From the NCBI GenBank assembly GCA_020724585.1, contig DYGS01000001.1:486002-550001 (forward strand): a stretch of DNA of 64,000 bases. The letters are read 5' to 3'. This DNA is from Candidatus Microgenomatus sp. Lineage in GTDB: Bacteria; Patescibacteriota; Microgenomatia; UBA8517. Shown here piece by piece: positions 21,778 to 31,841 of this stretch (positions within the stretch are counted from its first letter, which is position 1; each line of letters starts with the position of its first letter). The notes beneath the pieces were generated by a model. The model was not told the origin of the DNA, ran no database searches, and saw only the letters and a program-made list of their open reading frames with translations. The position numbers were made by a program, and so were the translations under genes.

Positions 21778-24399
21778 ATGGAAATTGGCAAGATTCAAAC
21801 AACTGAAATAACCTCAGAACTTTCTAAATCATATGTTGATTATGCAATGAGCGTTATCGTAGCTCGCGCTCTCCCCGATGTTAGAGATGGTTTAAAACCG
21901 GTCCATAGAAGAATTCTTTACGCCATGGCTCAAATGGGTCTTAAAAGTTCGGGAAGTTTTACAAAATCGGCAAAAGTTGTAGGTGAAGTGTTGGGAAAAT
22001 ATCATCCCCATGGAGATCAAGCAGTCTACGATACTTTAGTCCGCCTTGCTCAATCATTCTCAATGCGCTACCCACTGATTAAAGGTCAGGGAAATTTCGG
22101 ATCTGTTGATGGCGATTCAGCAGCTGCTATGAGGTATACCGAAGCTAAACTTTCAAGTATTTCTGAATTCATGCTTTTGGACATTGAAAAAGATACCGTT
22201 GATTTTGTCGACAATTTTGACGCCACACTTAAAGAACCTGAATATCTACCCGCTCTTCTTCCAAACTTACTTTTGATGGGTAGTGAGGGAATCGCGGTTG
22301 GGATGGCGACAAAAATTCCCCCGCACAATTTAAGCGAGGTCATTTCAGCTATTAATTTGATTATTAAAAAGGGTAGGGTAGTCGTCCTCTCGGACGAAGA
22401 GCAAAAAAAAGAAACCGATTTTGTCATTAATAAAATTAATTTGGTTGCCGCAGGTGAGGCCAAGCAATTATCAGAAACTGATGTCAACCCTAAAACTATT
22501 TCATTTGAAAGCGATGCCGAAATTGATGAGATTATTAAAGTTTTACCAGGACCGGATTTCCCAACCGGCGGGGCAATTTATGATGCGGAAAGTTTAAGAG
22601 AAGTTTATGCAACAGGAAGGGGTAGGATTATTATCAGGGGAATTGCTGGCATTGAGGAAAGTAAAAGTGGCAAAACTCAAATAATAATTACAGAAATACC
22701 ATACCAGGTTAACAAAGCCGAAATGGTTGCAAAAATTGCAGAGCTTGTAAAAGATAAAAAGATTGTTGGGATTTCCGATTTGAGAGATGAGTCTGATAAA
22801 GAAGGTTTGAGAGTTGTAATTGATTTAAAAAGAGACGCCAAGCCAAAATCAGTTTTGAACAATATTTTCAAACACACAAGGCTTCAGACAACTTTCCCCG
22901 CAAATTTTGTGGCCCTTGTTGACGGCACTCCGCACACATTAAATTTAAAACAAATTTTAGTTGAGTATGTAAAACATAGACAAAAAGTAGTTGTTAGAAG
23001 AACAATATTTGAATTAACTGAAGCCAAAAAAAGAGCTCATATATTAGAAGGCCTTAAAATTGCACTTGATAATTTGGATGCAGTTATAAAAACAATCAGA
23101 GAAAGTAAAACCCAGGAAGACGCCAAAAATAATTTAATAACTCGATTTAAATTGTCAGAAATTCAGGCAACAGCGATTCTTGATATGCAGCTTAGACGGT
23201 TGGCCGCCCTGGAAAGAGAAAAAATTGAAAAAGAGTACGAAGAAATCAAGAAACTTATTGACCAACTAATTGCCATTCTTAGAGATCCTTCAAAAATTTT
23301 AACGATAATAACAGAAGAACTTTCTGATTTAAATCAAAAATTTGGAGATGGCAGAAAGACTAAAATCTACAAAAGCAAAGTCGGGGAGTTTAGCGAAGAA
23401 GATTTGGTTGCCAAGGAAGATGTTTTAATAACAGTTACAAAAACCGGCTATATCAAAAGAGTTTCAAAAAATGCCTACAAAGCTCAGAGAAGAGGAGGTA
23501 AAGGGGTAATTGGGATGACAACTAAAGAAGAGGATGAGATCGACCATCTTGTTTCTGCCTCAACTCACGATCAAGTGCTCTTCTTCACCAATAAAGGCCG
23601 TGTTTTTGGAACAAAAGCTCATGAGATCCCTGAAAGCAGCCGCCAAGCAAAGGGACAAGCGCTGGTTAATTTCCTAAATCTTGAACAGGGGGAAGAAATT
23701 AAATCTGTACTCCCAATGAACAAAGAAAAAGCTCCTAAATATTTAGTTATGGCAACATCTAGCGGGGTAGTTAAAAAGACTGACTTGAAGCAATTTGAAA
23801 ATTTGAGAGCCAATGGACTGATTGCAATAAAGTTGCAAGGCGGAGATAGTTTGGTCTCTGTTCATCCATCCTTCGGAGTTGACAATATCATGCTTTTGAC
23901 CAAAAAGGGGATTGCTATAAGATTTCCGGAGGGAAATGTTAGGCCAATGGGGAGAGCAACAACGGGTGTTACAGGCATAAAACTTGACAGCGGCGATAGC
24001 GTTATTGGAATGGAGGTCTTGCCTGAAAAACTTAATATACCCGAGGACAAACGCAAAAAAGTTTTCATGGATATTTTGACTCTTTCGGTCAATGGTCTTG
24101 GAAAAAGAACAAGTTATAATAACTTTCCAACACAAAAAAGGGCAGGGAGGGGGGTTAAGGCTTGTATAATTGGTAGTAAAACAGGGGACTTAGCATGTGC
24201 AGTCAAAGTTACTGAAAATTCTGATCAATTAGTCATAACATCTAAAAAGGGACAAGTAATTAAACTGCCTATCAAAAATATTCCACAACTAGGTAGAGCT
24301 ACACAAGGAGTAATAGTTATGAGATTCGCAGAAAAAAGTGACTCCGTTGCAGCCGCAACAGTAATTGACAAAAGTGGGGATGATGAGGGTGAAGAATAA
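21778..24399 (+). CDS. gyrA: DNA gyrase subunit A
   Basis: [29 protein letters not shown], GyrA-box QRRGGKG, beta-pinwheel repeats. Confidence 0.98.
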   Translation: MEIGKIQTTEITSELSKSYVDYAMSVIVARALPDVRDGLKPVHRRILYAMAQMGLKSSGSFTKSAKVVGEVLGKYHPHGDQAVYDTLVRLAQSFSMRYPLIKGQGNFGSVDGDSAAAMRYTEAKLSSISEFMLLDIEKDTVDFVDNFDATLKEPEYLPALLPNLLLMGSEGIAVGMATKIPPHNLSEVISAINLIIKKGRVVVLSDEEQKKETDFVINKINLVAAGEAKQLSETDVNPKTISFESDAEIDEIIKVLPGPDFPTGGAIYDAESLREVYATGRGRIIIRGIAGIEESKSGKTQIIITEIPYQVNKAEMVAKIAELVKDKKIVGISDLRDESDKEGLRVVIDLKRDAKPKSVLNNIFKHTRLQTTFPANFVALVDGTPHTLNLKQILVEYVKHRQKVVVRRTIFELTEAKKRAHILEGLKIALDNLDAVIKTIRESKTQEDAKNNLITRFKLSEIQATAILDMQLRRLAALEREKIEKEYEEIKKLIDQLIAILRDPSKILTIITEELSDLNQKFGDGRKTKIYKSKVGEFSEEDLVAKEDVLITVTKTGYIKRVSKNAYKAQRRGGKGVIGMTTKEEDEIDHLVSASTHDQVLFFTNKGRVFGTKAHEIPESSRQAKGQALVNFLNLEQGEEIKSVLPMNKEKAPKYLVMATSSGVVKKTDLKQFENLRANGLIAIKLQGGDSLVSVHPSFGVDNIMLLTKKGIAIRFPEGNVRPMGRATTGVTGIKLDSGDSVIGMEVLPEKLNIPEDKRKKVFMDILTLSVNGLGKRTSYNNFPTQKRAGRGVKACIIGSKTGDLACAVKVTENSDQLVITSKKGQVIKLPIKNIPQLGRATQGVIVMRFAEKSDSVAAATVIDKSGDDEGEE

Positions 24400-24406
24400 A
24401 TACTGA

Positions 24407-24673
24407 TTAGGCAAAAGCTGGATGAGAATTGTGGGGATGGATTTTTTCTAATTCTTCTATCCTATCTGTATTATCATAAGTTCTTCCACTAACCATTTTC
24501 ATTTGGTCTTCAATGTCATCTAACCTTTTAAGTATTTTTAAATTTTCCTCAAAAAAAGTATCTTTATCAGGTAAGTATTTCAAGTCTTCTTTTGTGGTTA
24601 TATCCATTTCATCCAAAGCTACTTTTACAGCTTCTTTTATAACCTTAAAAATATTTTCATCTCCCTTTGTCAT
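24407..24673 (-). CDS. Small coiled-coil protein ending in AFA
   Basis: 88 aa; own promoter TTGACA-17-TTTAAT 6 nt before ATG. Confidence 0.7.
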   Translation of the reverse strand: MTKGDENIFKVIKEAVKVALDEMDITTKEDLKYLPDKDTFFEENLKILKRLDDIEDQMKMVSGRTYDNTDRIEELEKIHPHNSHPAFA

Positions 24674-24727
24674 ATGTTCATTAAATCACTAATTGAAATT
24701 GGTGTCAATTAAATGTTATATTAAATT

Positions 24728-25477
24728 ATGGAGAGAAGAGTGGAATTTGTAGGCAGTATTATTATCTTTTTTGTGCTTCTTTTTGTATATTCCAAATGGG
24801 GGCCGGCAATTCCTTTTTCAACTACAACACAATCAAAAGGAGAGCCTATGATTGTTAGTGGTGAAGGAAAAGTTAAAGTAACTCCTGATACTGCAGTTGT
24901 TAACTTTGGCATTGAAGATCAAGGCCAAAATTTAAAAGCTCTTCAAGATAGGGTAAATAAAAAATCACAAGATTTGATTAAAGAAATACAAAAATTAGGG
25001 ATTGAGGATAAAAATATCAAAACAACATCATATAATATTTATCCCGAAAATGACTACGGTGATGGACAAGCTAGAATTGTAGGCTACAGAGTTAGTATAA
25101 ATTATGAAGTCAGAATAGAAGATTTTGATAAAATAAACGATACAATATCTACTATTACACAAAATGGGGCCAATGTAGTAAGCGGAATTAGCTTTGAATT
25201 AAGTGAAGAATTAAAAACGGAAAAACTAAATGAGGCAAGAGAGATTGCAGCCAAAGAGGCTAAAAATAAAGCAGAAGGGCTTGCAAAAGCGGCAGGGATT
25301 ACACTGGGTAAAATAATTAATGTTTCTGAAAATCAGGCAGGTGGTTATCCAGCTCCAATGTACGAAAAAATGGCCGTGGGTATGGGTGGATCTGACACAA
25401 CCAATATCGCTCCTGAAATAAAAATGGGTCAAACAGAAATATCAGTTATGGTTAATCTCTCGTACGAAGTTCGCTAA
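24728..25477 (+). CDS. SIMPL (DUF541) domain protein
   Basis: N-terminal TM segment, VSGEGKVKVTPD, GANVVSGISF, AKNKAEGLA..AG.TLGKII.VSE. Confidence 0.9.
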   Translation: MERRVEFVGSIIIFFVLLFVYSKWGPAIPFSTTTQSKGEPMIVSGEGKVKVTPDTAVVNFGIEDQGQNLKALQDRVNKKSQDLIKEIQKLGIEDKNIKTTSYNIYPENDYGDGQARIVGYRVSINYEVRIEDFDKINDTISTITQNGANVVSGISFELSEELKTEKLNEAREIAAKEAKNKAEGLAKAAGITLGKIINVSENQAGGYPAPMYEKMAVGMGGSDTTNIAPEIKMGQTEISVMVNLSYEVR

Positions 25478-25479
25478 AG

Positions 25480-25553
25480 TGTCATTGCGAATACAATAAA
25501 GCAATCCGTCTCAGATCGCCACCCGCCACGCTTCGCTTGCGGTCGCGATGACA
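25480..25553. repeat. REP/RPE-like palindromic repeat, copy 1
   Basis: TGTCATTGCGA...GCAATC...CAGATCGCCACCCGCCACGCTTC...TCGCGATGACA with terminal inverted repeats; second copy at 29400. Confidence 0.85.
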
Positions 25554-26564
25554 TTATATATTATTCTTAATATACTTTTTTATTTCTTCAAATTTTCCTT
25601 CACCATTTCTTGGAACTAAAATATAGGCTCCTTCTTTACTTTTACTCGATACTAATACATTTTCTTCAGTTAGTTGAATTGAAGAAACTGAATAATCAAG
25701 AGGATTGCCAATACTAGCAAGTATTTCTTTTACACGATTTTCATTTAAATCAGTTTTAACAAAACTAAACACTTCAGCGACTTTATTTACATCTGCTTTT
25801 TGTAATATTGCTTTTAAAACTTCAAACTGATGCTGGCTTCTCACAAAATCACTTCCTCCATGCCTACTTCTAACATACTTTAGGGCGTTTGAGCCATCCA
25901 TCTGATTTAAACCAACAGCATATGATATAGTCTCATATCTACATGTAAATTGCTTTTCAAGTTCAAAACCAGAATATTTTTGATGAAGTTCAGAAACTTT
26001 TTGAGAATCAAAACCACAAAGTTCATTTTCAAGACCTTTTACTGGATAAAAATTATCTGTATATGCCTTTTTAACATCAACACTAATCCCTCCTAGACTA
26101 TCTATAAATTTAATAAAGCTATTAAAATCAACAGATATAGTGTTAGAGATAGCAAGCCCTGTTATGGCATTTAGTGCATCTTTGATTGAGGGATCATTAT
26201 TTATTTTGTGGCCAGAAAAATATAAATCGCGAGGAATTGAAATAAGTGTTGCCTTTTTATCTGTTGTATTAATAGAAACAACTATTATAGAATCCGCCAG
26301 TGTACCGCCGGGGTGCCCTGCACCGCCAAAACCCAATAGTAAAATATTAAACCTATTGGCATCTTTACTAGTTTCTCTTTTTTCCTCAAGAATTGTAGGT
26401 AGGGGAGAGGCATAGGTTTTTGCGAGAGTATTACTGCTTTGTTTTTTATTTAAAAAATATGTTTTATACCCAAAGGATCCTAAAAACATTCCTAATATAA
26501 ATATAAAACCAATAAATAAAGATAATTTGTAAGGATAGGATAGATTTTTAAAAAATTCTTTCAC
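25554..26564 (-). CDS. LCP (LytR-CpsA-Psr) family protein
   Basis: TM segment, NILLLG, LADSIIV, LISIPRDL, ALKYVRSRH..SDF.R..HQ. Confidence 0.92.
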   Translation of the reverse strand: MKEFFKNLSYPYKLSLFIGFIFILGMFLGSFGYKTYFLNKKQSSNTLAKTYASPLPTILEEKRETSKDANRFNILLLGFGGAGHPGGTLADSIIVVSINTTDKKATLISIPRDLYFSGHKINNDPSIKDALNAITGLAISNTISVDFNSFIKFIDSLGGISVDVKKAYTDNFYPVKGLENELCGFDSQKVSELHQKYSGFELEKQFTCRYETISYAVGLNQMDGSNALKYVRSRHGGSDFVRSQHQFEVLKAILQKADVNKVAEVFSFVKTDLNENRVKEILASIGNPLDYSVSSIQLTEENVLVSSKSKEGAYILVPRNGEGKFEEIKKYIKNNI

Positions 26565-26583
26565 AAATTTAAGTATATCAAAA

Positions 26584-26799
26584 TTAACTATTTTTTAATT
26601 TGCCTTCATCTTTTTCATGAATCTGACTCCAGTGAGGTTTAACAACACCCTTATTTTTAGAAAAATACTCAAAGATCTGCGCTTTGTTCATTCCATGATT
26701 AAGCATTATCTCAACAATTCCAAGTTGCTCTGGGCTTAAAAATTTTTTAAACATTCCTCTCAACTTTGGAGTTTTTTCAGTACTTTCTATTTTTGTCAT
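26584..26799 (-). CDS. Small hypothetical protein
   Basis: ATG overlaps the xer stop (ATGA coupling). Confidence 0.55.
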   Translation of the reverse strand: MTKIESTEKTPKLRGMFKKFLSPEQLGIVEIMLNHGMNKAQIFEYFSKNKGVVKPHWSQIHEKDEGKLKNS

Positions 26800-27725
26800 T
26801 TACCCCTCCCGTGGAATGTTTCGTGGATATCTTTTAATTGTTTATTTGTAACATGTGTATATATTTGTGTCGTTGATATATTTTTATGCCCTAACATCTC
26901 TTGCACAGATCTGATATCAGCACCTGCTATTAATAGATCAGTTGCATATGAATGTCTCATGGTATGTGGTGTTGCGTCAATTGGAAGTTTTACTTTTTTA
27001 ACATATTTTTTAATAAGTCTCTCAACTGATCGGGGAGTGAGCCTCATTTTTTCATCACTTGTAGTTGGATCAATTTTACCCTTATGCCTAATGAATAATG
27101 GCTTGAAGTGGTCTTTTCTATTATCCAAATATTTTTTTAAATACTCAGAGGCGCGGCTTGATAAAAAAACAACTCTTGCTCTGCCCCCTTTACCGGTTAT
27201 TCCAAATTCTCTTCTATTAAAATCAATTTTATCTCTATTTAAACTTGTTAGTTCAGATACTCGAAGTCCTGTTGAAAATAATACTTCTAAAATTGCCTTG
27301 TCTCTTATTCCTTGAATATCAGAAAGTGTCGGAGCATTTAAAAGTCTGTCTACCTGCTCACCAGTTAAAAATTTAACTTGTCTATCTGGAACTTTAGGAA
27401 GATCAATTTTAGTAGGTTCCATAACATCAATATCATTTTTAAGTAGCCACTTTAAAAATGAACGAAGAGCAATAGCATGATAGCCTTGTGTCTTTCTACC
27501 CAAACCCAGTTTAGTTAAATGAAGTCGAAAATCATGAACGATATCTTGATTTATATCTTTTAATTTAGCGTTTTCTTTTTTAGTATTTAACCAAATTAAA
27601 AGTCTAGTAAGATAATGTCTATAATTTCTAATTGTTAGGGGAGAGGAGCCGCGCTCAACAGCCAAGTAATCTAAAAAGTCATCTATTTTCTTAACAATTT
27701 CTGATGAATTATTTTGACTGGGCAT
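26796..27725 (-). CDS. XerC/XerD-family tyrosine recombinase
   Basis: RDKAILEVLFSTGLRVSEL, GKG, TPHTMRHSYAT, LGH...TTQIYTHV catalytic residues. Confidence 0.95.
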   Translation of the reverse strand: MPSQNNSSEIVKKIDDFLDYLAVERGSSPLTIRNYRHYLTRLLIWLNTKKENAKLKDINQDIVHDFRLHLTKLGLGRKTQGYHAIALRSFLKWLLKNDIDVMEPTKIDLPKVPDRQVKFLTGEQVDRLLNAPTLSDIQGIRDKAILEVLFSTGLRVSELTSLNRDKIDFNRREFGITGKGGRARVVFLSSRASEYLKKYLDNRKDHFKPLFIRHKGKIDPTTSDEKMRLTPRSVERLIKKYVKKVKLPIDATPHTMRHSYATDLLIAGADIRSVQEMLGHKNISTTQIYTHVTNKQLKDIHETFHGRGK

Positions 27726-27742
27726 CGTCTAATAAAAAGTTT

Positions 27743-27763
27743 ACTCTGAGCTTGTCGAAGAGT
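27743..27763. repeat. Short REP-like hairpin
   Basis: ACTCT-GAGCTTGTCGA-AGAGT; resembles the widespread CCCTGAGCTTGTCGAAGGG-type REP. Confidence 0.45.
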
Positions 27764-27773
27764 CAATAACATT

Positions 27774-27801
27774 GTACGACATAGATATTTTTCTATGAAT
27801 T
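27774..27801 (-). other. Candidate dif site (11-6-11)
   Basis: AATTCATAGAA-AAATAT-CTATGTCGTAC vs B. subtilis dif ACTTCCTAGAA-TATATA-TTATGTAAACT (9/11 and 5/11 arms); ~50 bp upstream of the xer gene. Confidence 0.45.
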
Positions 27802-27808
27802 TATCTCA

Positions 27809-28810
27809 TTATTCCAATGATTCCCACTTAAAATCCCGCAATAACCAATAAGCTGTGCTTTTGATATCATCTTGCGGAGACCTTCTAAGGATTGAAAGTA
27901 ATGACTCATGAACCCATTGTCTAAAGAGACTCGGATTGCTTGCAACATTTTGTCCATCGAACCTCTCATGATATTGATCAATAAATGAAAAACCTCCTGG
28001 CTCCACTTTCAACTTTCTAAAAAGTCTACAACAACTAATCTCTCTCGTGTTAGATGTCGGACCTGAAAAAAAGGGGCTAGACTCTGGTTTAAAAAACGGG
28101 ATTGGAAAATTATAACTTGCTTTAGTGGTTGTTTGATAAATAATTTCAAGCAATGAAATGTTATTTCGTATTGAATATTGACATATAGCTCCAAATACTA
28201 ATGACCATCTGGAAATAACAGATTGTTGGTAATCACACCATTCTCTTGAGTTCCTATCTAAAGTCCAAGGAGCTTCGTCGCCTGACATTGCACCTAAAAG
28301 CTCAATATTATCTCCTCCAATGTTTTCTTTATACCATTTAACAACTGAGGGGATCGATGATTTTTGAAAGATAGAGTTGACTACCCTTGAGTACAAAGGT
28401 AGCTTAGATTTTAGACAATCAGAAAGTATGTCTTCATTAAGGTACATTACAACATCGTCAGCCAAAATCCCTGCCCCGTTAGCAAAATGTAGTAAAAGGA
28501 AAAGAACATCTCCTAGCTCGCCATATTTTTCAGATGGATTAGCTTTTGCAAACTCGTAACCCTCCTCAACGGCTTGCCTAAGATAGTTGAAATTTACACC
28601 AAAATCCATTTTATAACCATGTTTCTCAGATCTTTTGTATAATCCTTGTTTAATAGCATTCATAACTGATCCCATTGTTGGTCTTTCATCAATCCAAATC
28701 TGGACAGTTTGTAACATCCATGGAAGCTCGGTAAATGCTATTTCTTGAACTGGATCTTCAATATCTCTAGGCACAAAGGGTATTTCTTTTAACATGTTTG
28801 CAATATACAA
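27809..28810 (-). CDS. Hypothetical protein with a MazG-like NTP pyrophosphohydrolase motif
   Basis: AVEEGYEF...GELGDVLFLLLHFANGAGI matches the MazG EExxE...ELxD pattern. Confidence 0.55.
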   Translation of the reverse strand: MYIANMLKEIPFVPRDIEDPVQEIAFTELPWMLQTVQIWIDERPTMGSVMNAIKQGLYKRSEKHGYKMDFGVNFNYLRQAVEEGYEFAKANPSEKYGELGDVLFLLLHFANGAGILADDVVMYLNEDILSDCLKSKLPLYSRVVNSIFQKSSIPSVVKWYKENIGGDNIELLGAMSGDEAPWTLDRNSREWCDYQQSVISRWSLVFGAICQYSIRNNISLLEIIYQTTTKASYNFPIPFFKPESSPFFSGPTSNTREISCCRLFRKLKVEPGGFSFIDQYHERFDGQNVASNPSLFRQWVHESLLSILRRSPQDDIKSTAYWLLRDFKWESLE

Positions 28811-29399
28811 GAAATAATTAAATTGTCAAAGTTTTCATGATTTTCACGGACAGAGAGAAAATGGGGGAGAGGGACTACCCTATTTCATAGGGCAAATTTT
28901 TAATTTTAAATTTTTAATTTTTAATAAATTTCTAAAAAAATTATTTAATAAATAATAATTAATAATTTTGATTAATAATTAGTAACTAAGAATTAGAAAT
29001 AGCCTGATAAAATCAGGTTTATAAGTGGCCTCACCAAATCGATTTTAAGGCCTGTCTGGAGAAAAAGACGACTACTAGGTCGTCTAAATATTATGTCGTA
29101 TTTTCGATATAATGTAGCACTTCTCTGAAAAATAGTATATAGGGGATAGTATTTAGTATATTGGAAGCTAGAACCAAAAAGTTTATAGTCAGGATAAATA
29201 TAGAGCAAAATAGTAAAAAAAACTTAATAGAACATTAATGTTATTGTCATAATTAATTTATAATTAGTAATTTTTAATTAAAAACAACACACCTCCCCCT
29301 GACCTAAAATTTATATAGCGTCGTAAAAGTATTATTGTGCGACTACAAATTGTATTAAGTAATGTGTCGTATACTATAAAGAGAATAGTACTATACAAA

Positions 29400-29484
29400 T
29401 GTCATTGCGATCCCGCATTGCGGGAGAAGTAATCTAAAAACCCAGATCGCCACCCGCCACGCTTCACTCGCGGTCGCGATGACA
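29400..29484. repeat. REP/RPE-like palindromic repeat, copy 2
   Basis: TGTCATTGCGA TCCCGCATTGCGGGA GAAGTAATC...CAGATCGCCACCCGCCACGCTTC...TCGCGATGACA; same family as 25480. Confidence 0.85.
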
Positions 29485-29489
29485 CGAAG

Positions 29490-29498
29490 TTATCCACA
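29490..29498 (+). promoter_or_regulatory. Single perfect DnaA box
   Basis: TTATCCACA within an 810-bp AT-rich intergenic region. Confidence 0.4.
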
Positions 29499-29619
29499 TG
29501 ATAGTATCAAACTATATCATCCGTGAAAACTATAGGTAATACTCGTGAAAACACACATCCTATAATAATTTCCTCTTTTAACTTCCCTTCCCCCACTCCC
29601 CGGTTTGTATCCGGTAAAT

Positions 29620-30390
29620 TTATCCACCCCAACGAGTTGCAAAAAACATTCCAATTAAGACCAAAAAACCGACTGTTAAATACTCTCTAACAACTGTTGG
29701 GAAAAGCCTGTCTTCAAGTTTAGCCTGCCCAAGTCCTAAAAGAAGGTAGAGGCCGCTAGTTAAAAAAAGCGATCCAACAACAACCGTCACAGGCCAGAAA
29801 AATAAAATCAAAGAAAGCTCGGCGATAATAAGCGAAGACACGAAACTCATAACCAATATTTTTCTATCAAATTTTGACTCCAAATCAATTGACCAAAATC
29901 CTTGATAAAATAACAAAAACGAAATTGTAAATATAAGCGGAACAAGCCATAAGAGACCGCCTCTAACCGAAATAACTGCATCGTAGAGTAAAAAACCAAC
30001 TACAAGAGTCATAACAAATCCAACTCCCCGAGCCGCTCTTAAAAGTGCAATTGTTTTACTGGCTGAAACTGTATAAATATTCATTGTTGATAAAAGAACA
30101 TATATGCCAACCGCATAAAACAAAACTGATGGAATCCTGGTGAAAATATTAACAGGCAACAGAAACCAAAATACGCCAACCCCAAGCGTAAACATTGTAG
30201 GAAGAACCAACGATAAAAGTGTCATGTTTTTGCCCAAACCCTCATAAAAAGACCAAAAAGAGAAAATCGAGGTTAGTATTGTCAAAAAAGCAATTGCCAC
30301 AAATCTTAATTGATTATCCAAGAATTGCATTCCCACAAAACCCAAAGTTAGTATGGCGGAAGAGATTAAAAACCTTATTCTTTTAGGCAT
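29620..30390 (-). CDS. Polytopic membrane hypothetical protein (CPR-type)
   Basis: About 8 hydrophobic segments; immediately downstream of yebC. Confidence 0.8.
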   Translation of the reverse strand: MPKRIRFLISSAILTLGFVGMQFLDNQLRFVAIAFLTILTSIFSFWSFYEGLGKNMTLLSLVLPTMFTLGVGVFWFLLPVNIFTRIPSVLFYAVGIYVLLSTMNIYTVSASKTIALLRAARGVGFVMTLVVGFLLYDAVISVRGGLLWLVPLIFTISFLLFYQGFWSIDLESKFDRKILVMSFVSSLIIAELSLILFFWPVTVVVGSLFLTSGLYLLLGLGQAKLEDRLFPTVVREYLTVGFLVLIGMFFATRWGG

Positions 30391-30403
30391 AAAATTGGTT
30401 TAT

Positions 30404-31114
30404 TTAAAAATTGGTAAAGACTCTTTGGACATCATCGTGCTCCTCAAAGGCTTCTATGGCTTTCTCAAGCTTGGCGATTTTTTCCGGATCGTTTATCTCC
30501 ATATAATTTTTAGGCTTGAAGATAATTTCTTGTCTTTTTATCTCAAAACCTTTTTTCGTTATCTCGTCGCTAATAGCCTTAAATTTGTCTACTGGCAAAT
30601 AAACTTCAATACCATCTTCAACAATCTCAAAATCCTCCACTCCCAAGTCGATTAAAGAAAGCGTTTGGGAATCAGGATCATCATTTTTTGCAACCAATAT
30701 AAAACCTTTGTTTTCAAAATTATAGAGAACCGAATTTGGCCCTCCCAATGCTCCCCCATTTTTCTCAAAAATATTTTTCATATCCTGAGCTGTCCTGTTT
30801 TTATTATCGGTTGCAGTTTCAACCACGAAGGCTACTCCAAATGGTCCAAAACCTTCATAAGTAATTTCTTCCAAAGAATCAGCCTTGTTTTCGGCGTTTT
30901 TTAGGATTCTGTCAATATTTTCTTTAGGCATGTTTTCCTGCTTCGCCTTATCAATTGCCACCCTAAGTTTAAAATTCATATCCGGATTTGCACTTCCCCC
31001 CGATTTTATGGCAATAGAAATCATTTTAGACAGCTTTCCAAAAAGATTGCCCTTCTTGGCATCTTTGCTCATCTTTTGTCTTTTGATAGTCGCAAAATGT
31101 GAATGACCAGACAT
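30404..31114 (-). CDS. yebC: YebC/PmpR family protein
   Basis: MSGHSHFATIKRQK start at 31114, NMPKENI, YEGFGPFG, TDNKNRT, DDVQRVFTN. Confidence 0.95.
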   Translation of the reverse strand: MSGHSHFATIKRQKMSKDAKKGNLFGKLSKMISIAIKSGGSANPDMNFKLRVAIDKAKQENMPKENIDRILKNAENKADSLEEITYEGFGPFGVAFVVETATDNKNRTAQDMKNIFEKNGGALGGPNSVLYNFENKGFILVAKNDDPDSQTLSLIDLGVEDFEIVEDGIEVYLPVDKFKAISDEITKKGFEIKRQEIIFKPKNYMEINDPEKIAKLEKAIEAFEEHDDVQRVFTNF

Positions 31115-31241
31115 AATTTGTTCTATTATAGCGAGCACAAAACAAAATGTCACTTTTTTGTGCGAGATATATAGTCATTTTTGTTTTAAAATGATTATAT
31201 ATCATTGACAGCAAAGATCTCACCACTATAATTATTCTGAT

Positions 31242-31841
31242 ATGTCGCCTGATAATTTAGACGAATTAGCCGTTAGCCTTGCACTTCAGTGCGAATGGAA
31301 GAAAGCAATAGAAATTAATAACAAAATTTTATCCATTGATCCAGAAAATATAGATGCCTTAAATAGATTAGCGAGGGCTTATTTTGAAACAGGCAATACA
31401 AAAAGGGCAATTGAAATCTCCAAAAAAGTACTATCAATTGAATCTACTAATACAATTGCAACAAGAGCCATACAAAAATATAAAACTGCAAAAACCAATT
31501 CACTCAAAAATCAGTCAATAAACGCATCTGACTTTATCGAGGAGCCGGGCAAAACTAAAACAGTACTGCTTATAAATCCAGGCCGTGAATCAATAATTTC
31601 TTGCCTTGACAGTGGAGATGAGTTAATGATTCAATCGCACTCTCACAAAGTTAATGTTACAACCATGGATGGAAAATATATAGGAAGATTTCCAGATGAT
31701 ATCTCCGCCGTTGTCAGAAGACTTATAAAAGACGGAGCAATTTTTAAAGTTTTAATTAAATCAGTTGATAACCATGATGTCCGTGTTTTTGTTAAATGCT
31801 CAAAACCTCTGGCTAAACTGAAGTCCCAGGATGACTTCTAA
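31242..31841 (+). CDS. Tetratricopeptide-repeat protein
   Basis: AI.INNKIL.IDPENIDALNRLARAY TPR; promoter TTGACA-16-TATAAT at 31205-31232. Confidence 0.85.
   Translation: MSPDNLDELAVSLALQCEWKKAIEINNKILSIDPENIDALNRLARAYFETGNTKRAIEISKKVLSIESTNTIATRAIQKYKTAKTNSLKNQSINASDFIEEPGKTKTVLLINPGRESIISCLDSGDELMIQSHSHKVNVTTMDGKYIGRFPDDISAVVRRLIKDGAIFKVLIKSVDNHDVRVFVKCSKPLAKLKSQDDF

Noticed and set aside
28993-29208. 71-aa ORF in the large intergenic region
   Set aside because: TTG start, non-protein-like composition, overlaps the palindromic motifs
28811-29619. Firm oriC call
   Set aside because: Only one perfect DnaA box, no dnaA/dnaN nearby, and gene orientation converges here; kept only as an open finding
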